Source: Gemmatimonadales bacterium (GTDB taxonomy: Bacteria > Gemmatimonadota > Gemmatimonadetes > Gemmatimonadales > GWC2-71-9). From it: a DNA stretch of 64,000 nucleotides. Position numbers and translations under genes: made by a program. How positions within the stretch are numbered: position 1 is the stretch's first letter; every line of letters starts with the position of its first letter. Below the pieces are notes generated by a model. The model saw only the letters and a list, made by a program, of their open reading frames with translations, searched no databases and was not told the origin of the DNA. Below, in pieces: positions 56,697-64,000 of this stretch. The stretch is taken from assembly GCA_035575675.1 (NCBI GenBank), contig DATLXS010000182.1, forward strand, positions 880 through 64,879, read 5' to 3'.

Positions 56697-59524
56697 TTTA
56701 CCCCACCCGCTCCGCGCGACTGCGGCCCGACCACGGTGCGGCGTGCCGAGACCGAGCCCGTCGACGTCGTCACGCGTGTCTCGATGAGTGGCCCGTATCC
56801 CGCCGGCATATCGAGCGACGGCGCGTTGGGCAACCGAATCACGCTGCGTCCGCCGGCGACGACCGAGAGCGCGGTGGCATCACCCACCGCAGCGTCTGGA
56901 CCGACGAATCGCACGAGGGCGGTGCCACGCCAGGCGTGCGTCGGAAGGCGGGCGAATGCGGGATAGAACTCGACGGTGAGGGGGATCCCCCTGAGCGAGT
57001 CGGACAGGGCCAGACCCATGCGCCCGAAGGCGTAATTCACCGGTTCGTTGCCGCCGCGGACCTGCTGGCCGGTCGAGTCGTAGACCGTGACCGACAAATC
57101 CGTCAGCTCGTCCCATAACTCGGCGGGGACCTCGAAGTCCACTTCCATCCGCTTCGCCCAGCGCGGCGGGCGCACCTGCAGCGATTCGGCGGGCTGGCCG
57201 CGGCCGGCAATGGCATAGCTCCGCTCGGCGCCGACGAGCCGGTAGGCGACCTGGCCCGGCGCGGTGGTGCCCTGCGTGCCGCCGACACTCGAGGCCTCGA
57301 GCCCCCACGCTCCGCCCGCTCCCTGGTGCGCCGCGCCGAGCGCAACGGGTCCCAACTCTGCGCGCACGGTGACCGCCGTGGTTGCCAGCGGCGGCGCGAC
57401 GACGTCGAGCTCGTACACACCCGCGATCATGTCCTCGGCACGCACGGTGATGGTTGCGCTGCCCGGCTCCAGTTCGCCGATGTCGATGTCGTTCGGCGCT
57501 GCGCGCGCGGGTGCACCGTTTGGCTCGTAGAGGCGCACCGTCGCCTGCTGGCGCTGCGAATCGGGAAGCGTCACGCTCGCGCGCAGGGTGGCGTTGTCTT
57601 CGGGCACGCGCAGAAAATAGCGCTGCACCGCGCCGGGACCGACGGCGCGGCGTTCGTCGAACAGCGCATTCGTCGTGAGGTCGGTGGGTACGATGACCGT
57701 ATTCACGAGCGTGAACAACGGACCGGCAATGGGGTCGCGGGGATTCAGCGCGACGACCGTTCCCACGTAGATGCCGGGTGCCGTCAATGCGCTGCGATTG
57801 TAGGTCACGGCGATCTGGGTCGCACGGGGCGCGGCGTCGATGGAGTCGTCGACCGAGAGCCAGGGAGCGTTCGCACGCAGGACGAACTCGGCGGCGCGGA
57901 GGCCGCCCATGTGACGGACGGTAAACGTTTCCACACTGTCCTCGGGACCGGCAAACCCGTTGCGCCGGAACGCGGCGGTCACACCGCTCGAGGCCTTCAC
58001 GGCATAGATCGATCCCTGGTGGCCCCCTTCGAGCCATTGGTACGCCGTTTCGAGCACGGGCATCCCGGCACCGTCATCGAGGACGCGCGCGCCGGAGAGC
58101 TGCCGCCCCGACATCCGCAGCGCCTGCACGATGTCGGCGGACGTGGCGCGGCGGCCCTCTTGCGTCAACGCCGACACGAGGCAGGCAGCGAGACCGGCCG
58201 CGTGGGGGGACGACATGCTCGTGCCGGGCTTGATCTCGTTCCCGGTATCCCAGCGTGGGACGCTGGAAAATGCGACGCCCGGCGTTACGATGTCGGGTTT
58301 CGCGAGCTCGCCGCCGCGCGAGCTGAACCACGCGAGCACATCGCGGGCCGGCGGCACGCCCTGCCGTGGTGGTCCTGTGAAGACGCCGGGCAAGACGGCG
58401 CCGACGGACAGCGCCAGGCTCGACGAACCGGGAAACCCCAGCGTGGACCATCCAGGGCCATCGTTGCCGGCACTGATCGCGAAGACGGCCTCCGGATGGG
58501 CGAGCAGGAAGGCATCCACGATCGAATCGATCACGGCGCGGCCCTCATGCTCGTTGCCGACCCCGAAACTCATGTTGAGCACGAGCGGTAGATTGCGCTG
58601 CGCGGCGTAGCGGGCGGCGTAGTCGATCGCGCGCATCATGCTGGCGTGGACCGAGACGCCGCCGCGCGCGTTGTTCGCGATCTTGAGGCCGATGATCTGC
58701 GCCCCGGGCGCCACACCGCTGAACCCCGCCACGTCGAACAGGTTGTAGCCGGCGGCGATTCCGGCCACGTGCGTCCCATGCCCTGACGTGTCGAAGAAGA
58801 GATCGAGCGCCGGCGTGCTGTCCGCCACCACCTGACTGAAATTCGCGACGATCGTCAGCGGCTTCGTGCCGAAGGCGATCATCTCACGGCCCTGGCGATA
58901 GTCGTGCAGCGGCATCTCATCTTCGAACGAGCCGTCGCGGTTGGTATCGATGAACGCCACCCAGCCATCGGACGCCCTGACGACCACGACGGGAAACTCG
59001 TCGGTGTTGCGGCCGTTGCCGTTGACGTCACCCGCCGGCGGGCGGCCGAGCGGCAGCTCGCGAAAGACCCCGCGATACCAGGTCGTGGCGGTGGTCAGGC
59101 GGCCGATGCGTGCCGCTCCCTTCATCTCCTTGTCCGTCGGTGCGGGGAACGCCGTCAGCGCCACGCGGCCTTCGCCCGAGAAGTCGCGCAGCTCGATGAT
59201 CTTCGGGGCGCCCGTGCTGGTGACCATCAGTCCCGGGACGCCCGGGTCGACGCCACTGTCGAGAATGGCGATCAGCACGCCACGGCCGTCGTAGGTCGGG
59301 TGCAGTGAGCGAAATACGTCCACCCCGGTGCTCTTGAGCGGCATCAGACCGAGCATGTACGCCATTGCCGGATCGACCGCCGGCTGCGCCATGGCGGCGC
59401 GGCTGCCGTCCGATGGGACTGCAGCGACTGCCGCGGCCGGCTTGGGCGGAGCGGGTTTGGTGATGCCCTTGCTCGAGGCGCAGGCGGTGAGAGCGAGCAG
59501 GAAGATGGCGGCAGGCGTGCGCAT
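56693..59524 (-). CDS. S8 (subtilisin-family, TPPII-like) lipoprotein peptidase
   Basis: 943 aa from ATG 59524 ([15 protein letters not shown] lipobox). Catalytic triad AILDSGVD, HGTHVAGIAAG and GTSMSSPHAAG. The 1369-aa ORF-track version is an artefact that extends in a second reading frame into the carboxyltransferase gene region (59524-60802). Confidence 0.85.
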   Translation of the reverse strand: MRTPAAIFLLALTACASSKGITKPAPPKPAAAVAAVPSDGSRAAMAQPAVDPAMAYMLGLMPLKSTGVDVFRSLHPTYDGRGVLIAILDSGVDPGVPGLMVTSTGAPKIIELRDFSGEGRVALTAFPAPTDKEMKGAARIGRLTTATTWYRGVFRELPLGRPPAGDVNGNGRNTDEFPVVVVRASDGWVAFIDTNRDGSFEDEMPLHDYRQGREMIAFGTKPLTIVANFSQVVADSTPALDLFFDTSGHGTHVAGIAAGYNLFDVAGFSGVAPGAQIIGLKIANNARGGVSVHASMMRAIDYAARYAAQRNLPLVLNMSFGVGNEHEGRAVIDSIVDAFLLAHPEAVFAISAGNDGPGWSTLGFPGSSSLALSVGAVLPGVFTGPPRQGVPPARDVLAWFSSRGGELAKPDIVTPGVAFSSVPRWDTGNEIKPGTSMSSPHAAGLAACLVSALTQEGRRATSADIVQALRMSGRQLSGARVLDDGAGMPVLETAYQWLEGGHQGSIYAVKASSGVTAAFRRNGFAGPEDSVETFTVRHMGGLRAAEFVLRANAPWLSVDDSIDAAPRATQIAVTYNRSALTAPGIYVGTVVALNPRDPIAGPLFTLVNTVIVPTDLTTNALFDERRAVGPGAVQRYFLRVPEDNATLRASVTLPDSQRQQATVRLYEPNGAPARAAPNDIDIGELEPGSATITVRAEDMIAGVYELDVVAPPLATTAVTVRAELGPVALGAAHQGAGGAWGLEASSVGGTQGTTAPGQVAYRLVGAERSYAIAGRGQPAESLQVRPPRWAKRMEVDFEVPAELWDELTDLSVTVYDSTGQQVRGGNEPVNYAFGRMGLALSDSLRGIPLTVEFYPAFARLPTHAWRGTALVRFVGPDAAVGDATALSVVAGGRSVIRLPNAPSLDMPAGYGPLIETRVTTSTGSVSARRTVVGPQSRGAGGVK

Positions 59525-61095
59525 CACGAGAGACCCGGGAGTGCAAAGGCCCCGAGATGGGGGCCGGTGAATTCCGTAGACACCTCGAGGAGAAACGCCA
59601 GCGTGTCGCGCGTTTCGTCGGGTGTGAGAATCGCATCGACAAAGCCGCGGGCGCCTGCGAATTTCGCGTCCAGCTGATGCTCGTAATCGGCGCGCATCGC
59701 GTCCACGGCGGCCGCGTTGTCCGGCGTCGTGGCGTCGGCGCCGTACACCGCCTGAATCGCCGACTCCCCTTCCATGACGCCCATCCGGCCCGTCGGCCAC
59801 GAGACGATGAAATCCGGATCGAACCCCTGACCGGCCATCGCATAATAGCCGGCACCGGAGGCGTGGTTCACCGTGAGGACGAGCTTCGGCACCGTCGCCG
59901 TCGCCATCGCCTCGACGAAGCGCGCGCCCGCCCGGATGATGCCGGTGTGCTCCGCTTCCGTCCCGACCATGAAGCCCGACACATCCTGAATGAACAGGAG
60001 CGGCACGCGCTCCCGGTCGGCGTTCTCGATGAAATACGCGACTTTCTCGGCGCTCTCCGTGTAAATGATGCCGCCGATGCGCGGCGCTGCATTCTTCTTC
60101 TTTCCCTTGATGACGCCGCGCGAGTTGGCGATCACGGCGACTTGCCGCCCCTCGATGGCGCCGTGCCCGCAGATCATCTCGGGGGCAACGTCCGGCTGGA
60201 ACTCGTCGAGCCGTCCGCCGTCGAGCAGGCACTCGAGCAGCGCGCGGACGTCGTAGCTCATCCGATGATCGACGGGGATCAGGTCGTACAGTGCCTTCGG
60301 GTCGCGCTTTGGTGCGGGATAGGTACGGCGCGCCGGCGGCGGGTGCGGCAAACGGGCCACGTACTCGCGGATCCTGGCCAGGCAGTCTTTGTCGTCTTTC
60401 GCGCGGTAGTGCGCGACGGCACTGACCGATGTGTGCGTCGTGGCGCCGCCCAGCGTCTCGGCATCGACCACCTGGCCGGTCGCGCCCTTCACGAGGTTGG
60501 GCCCGCCCAGTCCCATGAACGACGTGCCGTCCACCATGAAGATCACGTCCGACAGCGCCGGCAAATACGCACCGCCCGCAATGCACGGTCCCATCACGGC
60601 CGCGATCTGCGGCACCTTGAGGTAGCGCCGCATGATGGAGTTGTAGTAGAAGATTCGGGCCGCGCCATATTGACCCGGGAAGACCCCGCCCTGGTACGGC
60701 AGGTTCACGCCCGCCGAGTCGACCAGATAAATGATGGGGATGCGCTGCCGCATCGCGATTTCCTGCGCGCGGAGAATCTTGCGGATCGTCTCGGGCCACC
60801 ACGACCCGGCCTTGACCGTCGCATCGTTCGCCACCACCACCACGGGGCGCCCCCCCACGCGACCCAGCCCCGTGACCACACCGGCGGCGGGCGCCTGCCC
60901 ATCGTACTGGTCCCAGGCGACGAGGAGCCCGATCTCGACCCAGGGGCCGTCCGGGTCGAGCAACGCGGCCACCCGCTCGCGCGCCGTCAACTTGCCCTGA
61001 TCGTGCTGGCGCTTGATGCGCTCCGCGCCGCCGCCCTGTTCGAGGCGGCCGCGGAGCGTCTGGTATTCGTCGTTGAGGGTCTTGAGGCGGCTCAC
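59524..61095 (-). CDS. Acyl-CoA carboxylase carboxyltransferase (beta) subunit
   Basis: 523 aa from GTG 61095 (GTGA overlap). ..[24 protein letters not shown] and GGAYLP.. motifs of propionyl/methylcrotonyl/geranyl-CoA carboxylase beta subunits. Confidence 0.9.
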   Translation of the reverse strand: MSRLKTLNDEYQTLRGRLEQGGGAERIKRQHDQGKLTARERVAALLDPDGPWVEIGLLVAWDQYDGQAPAAGVVTGLGRVGGRPVVVVANDATVKAGSWWPETIRKILRAQEIAMRQRIPIIYLVDSAGVNLPYQGGVFPGQYGAARIFYYNSIMRRYLKVPQIAAVMGPCIAGGAYLPALSDVIFMVDGTSFMGLGGPNLVKGATGQVVDAETLGGATTHTSVSAVAHYRAKDDKDCLARIREYVARLPHPPPARRTYPAPKRDPKALYDLIPVDHRMSYDVRALLECLLDGGRLDEFQPDVAPEMICGHGAIEGRQVAVIANSRGVIKGKKKNAAPRIGGIIYTESAEKVAYFIENADRERVPLLFIQDVSGFMVGTEAEHTGIIRAGARFVEAMATATVPKLVLTVNHASGAGYYAMAGQGFDPDFIVSWPTGRMGVMEGESAIQAVYGADATTPDNAAAVDAMRADYEHQLDAKFAGARGFVDAILTPDETRDTLAFLLEVSTEFTGPHLGAFALPGLS

Positions 61096-61508
61096 GCGGC
61101 GACGTGCTCCACCGCCCACTCCTGGATGTACCTGATCAGGTCCGACGTCGGCGTGCCGGGGCCGAACAACTTGCCCGTGCCCTGCGATTCCAGCGCCGTC
61201 ATGTCTTCAGGGGGAATGATGCCGCCACCGGTCAGCAGCACGTCCTGCCGCCCGGCGGCGTCGAGCAGTTTGCGAACCCGCGGGAACAGCGTCATGTGCG
61301 CGCCGGACAGAATCGACAGGCCCACGACGTCGACGTCCTCCTGAATGGCGGCCTGCGCGATCATCTCGGGCGTCTGATGCAGCCCCGTGTAGATCACTTC
61401 CATGCCGGAATCGCGCAGCGCCGCCGCGACGACTTTCGCGCCGCGGTCGTGCCCATCGAGGCCCGGCTTCGCGACGAGAATGCGGATCGGACGCCGGGAT
61501 TTGGCCAT
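61092..61508 (-). CDS. Methylmalonyl-CoA mutase, cobalamin-binding (small) subunit
   Basis: 138 aa. [21 protein letters not shown] (DxHxxG B12-binding motif) and [11 protein letters not shown]. Confidence 0.9.
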   Translation of the reverse strand: MAKSRRPIRILVAKPGLDGHDRGAKVVAAALRDSGMEVIYTGLHQTPEMIAQAAIQEDVDVVGLSILSGAHMTLFPRVRKLLDAAGRQDVLLTGGGIIPPEDMTALESQGTGKLFGPGTPTSDLIRYIQEWAVEHVAA

Positions 61509-62572
61509 CAGGCGCGGAACCGCAGCAGCGCCGCCAGGCCGTTCACGACGCGCCGGGCCTTGTCGTCGTAAAGGACATCGATCTGGGCGCGCTGACCGAG
61601 CGCCTCTTCGATTGCCTCATCGATGCGGGCGTCATCGTCATGGCCGTCGGCCAACAGGGTGCGCACCTGGCCGCGGCGTAGCGCCTTGAGCGTGGCGTCG
61701 ACGCCGTTGACGGCCCAGCCGCGCGGCACACCGTCTTTCACGGCATCGGCGTGAGCGCGCTCCCAGGCGCGCTCGCGTTCCTCGCGCAGCCCCAGCGTGG
61801 CGTCCCGCACCTCCGCCGCCGTCGCCTGCTTGGGACTGAGTTTCACCACACCAAACACCAGGTCGTGCACATAGGTGTGAAGGTGGGGAATCACGGCCCC
61901 GGCGTCCACACCCACACCGCCCACGACGATGCCGGCCAGCGGCCTGGTGCGATTGATCTGGAAGACGCGGTCGGCGATCTGCGCATAGAGCCGGTGCTTC
62001 TCGGTGCGAATGCGCTGGTGAAACTTGTGTTCTCCGGTGCCGCCGTGGAACTTCCCCACTCGCGATGTTTCGATGCCGGCCAGGCCGGGCAGCTCTACGC
62101 AATCGTACGCGGTGACCTCGAAAAAGCGCGCCGCCGTGCGGTCATACACGACGGCGAGGATGGTGCCGAACTCTTCTTCGAGGCCGAGCAGCTCGCGCAC
62201 CAGCGGTTCGTGCGAGACGGCGAGCCGGGAGCGATGCACGTGCGGCAGGGGCAGGACTTCGAACAGGCCCAACTCCCGTGAGGCGAAGATGGCAATGGCC
62301 CGCGCCCGCGGGAGGTGATTCGGTTGCTCCAGGTAGTCCACCACCTGTTCCAAATTCGTGGCGACGGCCGGTTGGTCTTCATACTCGCGCAGCAATCCTT
62401 TGGCGCGGGTCTTCATCTTGATCAAATACTTGCCACGCGTCCTGTCCCGGGGCTCGAGCTTGAGGTAGCACGAGACCACCCAGTGCAGCCCAGGCTCCAT
62501 CCGCGCCAGGCGCGCAATCGCTGCCTGGACGTCTTGCTCGGTGATCGCGGCAGGCAGGGGGGGAGCACTCAT
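61508..62572 (-). CDS. eRF1/Pelota-like (bacterial aeRF1-superfamily) protein
   Basis: 354 aa. C-terminal [24 protein letters not shown] ... GLAALLRF follows the eRF1/Pelota domain-3 pattern. Central loop [14 protein letters not shown]. Family-level call from motif memory only. Confidence 0.5.
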   Translation of the reverse strand: MSAPPLPAAITEQDVQAAIARLARMEPGLHWVVSCYLKLEPRDRTRGKYLIKMKTRAKGLLREYEDQPAVATNLEQVVDYLEQPNHLPRARAIAIFASRELGLFEVLPLPHVHRSRLAVSHEPLVRELLGLEEEFGTILAVVYDRTAARFFEVTAYDCVELPGLAGIETSRVGKFHGGTGEHKFHQRIRTEKHRLYAQIADRVFQINRTRPLAGIVVGGVGVDAGAVIPHLHTYVHDLVFGVVKLSPKQATAAEVRDATLGLREERERAWERAHADAVKDGVPRGWAVNGVDATLKALRRGQVRTLLADGHDDDARIDEAIEEALGQRAQIDVLYDDKARRVVNGLAALLRFRA

Positions 62573-62575
62573 GAT

Positions 62576-64000
62576 CTAAAAGAAGACGGGTTCGCGGTAC
62601 GCTCCCCACACGCGCTCCAGCGCGTGGCGGATCTCGTACAGCGTCGCGTAGGCGCGCGCACAATCGAGCATTGGGCCAATCACGCTCTGATCCGCCTCCG
62701 CCGCCTGCCGCAGAACGTCGAGCCGCCGCTCGACCAGGGCCGTGTCTCGCTCCGCGCGTACGCGGGCGAGGCGGCGACGCTGCTCGTCCTCAGCATCGTT
62801 GGAGACCTTCAGGATTTCGACGGGGTGGTCGTCCTCGGACAAGAACTCGTTGACGCCGACGATCACCTTCTCATTGCGCTCGATGTGACGCTGGAAGGCG
62901 GCCGCCGACTGGGCGATCTGCCGCTGGAACCAGCCGCTCTCGATCCCGCGGACCACGCCACCGATCGAATTGATCTCGGCAAAGAGTGCTTCGGCTTCGC
63001 GCTCGAGCTGGTCCGTGAGCGCCTCGATGAAATACGAGCCGCCCAGTGGATCGATCACGTCGGCCACGCCGGTTTCGTGGGCAAGGATTTGCTGGGTCCG
63101 GAGGGCGACCTGCACCGACTGCTCGGTGGGAAGGGCGAGCGTCTCATCCAGCGAATTCGTGTGGAGCGACTGTGTGCCGCCGAGGACGGCGGCGAGTGCC
63201 TGGTAGGCGACGCGCACGATGTTGTTGAGCGGCTGTTGGGCCGTCAGCGTAACGCCGGCCGTCTGACTGTGGAACCGCATCATCCAGGAGCGCGCGTGCT
63301 TCGCTTTGTAGCGCTCGCGCATGTGCCGGGCCCAGATCCGGCGCGCGGCCCGCAGCTTGGCGATCTCCTCGAAGAAGTCGTTGTGGCTGTCCCAGAAGAA
63401 GGAAAGGCGCGCGGCGAAGCTGTCGATATCGAGACCCCGGGCGATACCGCGTTCGACATAGGTAAACCCGTTCGCGAGCGTGAACGCGAGCTCCTGCGCC
63501 GCGGTGGCGCCCGCTTCGCGGATGTGGTAGCCGGAGATCGAAATGGTGTTCCACAGCGGCGTGTGCTTGGCGCCCCACTCGAACATGTCGACGATGACCT
63601 TGAGCGCGGGCTCGACCGGATAGACCCACGCATGCTGGGCCATGTACTCCTTCAGAATGTCGTTCTGCACCGTGCCGCGCAGCTTCGCGAGCGGCACACC
63701 CTGCTTCTCGGCCGCGGCCACGTAGAAGCAGAAGAGAATGGCGGCCGGACCGTTGATCGTCATGGAGGTCGACACCTGATCGAGCGGGATGCCGTCGAAC
63801 AGAGTCTCCATGTCCGCCAGGGACGAAATGGCGACACCGCACTTCCCGACCTCGCCCTCCGAGCGCGGGTGATCGGAGTCGTAGCACATCATCGTCGGGC
63901 AATCGAACGCGACGGAGAGGCCGGTCTGCCCATGGTCGAGCAGGAACTTGTAGCGCCGATTCGTATCGGCCGCGCCGCCGAAACCGGCGAACTGCCGCAT
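62576..64000 (-). CDS. Methylmalonyl-CoA mutase, catalytic (large) subunit, C-terminal 474 aa in window
   Basis: [48 protein letters not shown]. The ORF runs off the window end, so the N-terminus is not visible. Confidence 0.9.
   Translation of the reverse strand: MRQFAGFGGAADTNRRYKFLLDHGQTGLSVAFDCPTMMCYDSDHPRSEGEVGKCGVAISSLADMETLFDGIPLDQVSTSMTINGPAAILFCFYVAAAEKQGVPLAKLRGTVQNDILKEYMAQHAWVYPVEPALKVIVDMFEWGAKHTPLWNTISISGYHIREAGATAAQELAFTLANGFTYVERGIARGLDIDSFAARLSFFWDSHNDFFEEIAKLRAARRIWARHMRERYKAKHARSWMMRFHSQTAGVTLTAQQPLNNIVRVAYQALAAVLGGTQSLHTNSLDETLALPTEQSVQVALRTQQILAHETGVADVIDPLGGSYFIEALTDQLEREAEALFAEINSIGGVVRGIESGWFQRQIAQSAAAFQRHIERNEKVIVGVNEFLSEDDHPVEILKVSNDAEDEQRRRLARVRAERDTALVERRLDVLRQAAEADQSVIGPMLDCARAYATLYEIRHALERVWGAYREPVFF

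Noticed and set aside
56693-60802. 1369-aa ORF-track protein
   Set aside because: The C-terminal 943 aa are the S8 peptidase, starting at a lipoprotein signal (ATG 59524). The upstream 426 aa are an Arg/Gly/Asp/His-rich reading of the carboxyltransferase gene region in a second, non-coding reading frame, a high-G+C artefact.

Overview
High-G+C bacterial chromosome segment (lineage not determinable without a database search; the gene content fits a soil Gemmatimonadota/Acidobacteriota-like organism, low confidence). It is almost entirely coding. Genes sit in very long co-directional operons, and at least 20 junctions are 1-4 nt stop/start overlaps (ATGA/GTGA/TTGA). Content by region: (i) 0.2-19.4 kb, minus-strand housekeeping run (HU/IHF, carA, secG, tpiA, pgk, gap, comF-like, aroE, LMW-PTP, tsaC, ispD, radA, dnaB, UDG4, coaBC, rpoZ, gmk, yicC, a TonB-plug outer-membrane protein, pepA, icd). 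(ii) 19.5-25.9 kb, envelope and secreted proteins, tRNA-Leu(CAA), and an ECF sigma / anti-sigma / Spy-CpxP-like operon. (iii) 26.0-40.4 kb, a roughly 14 kb plus-strand operon behind a TetR gene and a perfect 18-bp palindrome. It encodes CoA-thioester catabolism with a BoxB-like diiron oxygenase, then paired M16 peptidases and paired amidohydrolases. (iv) 41.8-49.6 kb, rpmA-rplU, RNase E/G, an acyl-CoA dehydrogenase, a short RecQ, prolyl oligopeptidase and a DUF1003 protein. (v) 53.0-64.0 kb, a minus-strand operon: methylmalonyl-CoA mutase, an eRF1/Pelota-like protein, a B12-binding subunit, carboxyltransferase, an S8 lipoprotein peptidase, split AtuA, enoyl-CoA hydratase, bacilliredoxin and a methyltransferase. 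The most unusual signal is a dense family of short-period (7-15 bp) G-rich/C-rich tandem iteron arrays with core GNCGGTAR. They sit 0-5 nt from stop codons and usually form inverted pairs. Two pairs enclose paralogous four-helix-bundle (23S-rRNA-IVS-protein / Avd-like) genes, one pair is an 'empty' hairpin, and diverged copies lie in frame inside comF, radA and the start of an M16 gene. I do not recognise this family. The architecture resembles rRNA intervening sequences or RAYT/REPIN systems. No rRNA, CRISPR, transposase, integrase or prophage genes were seen.
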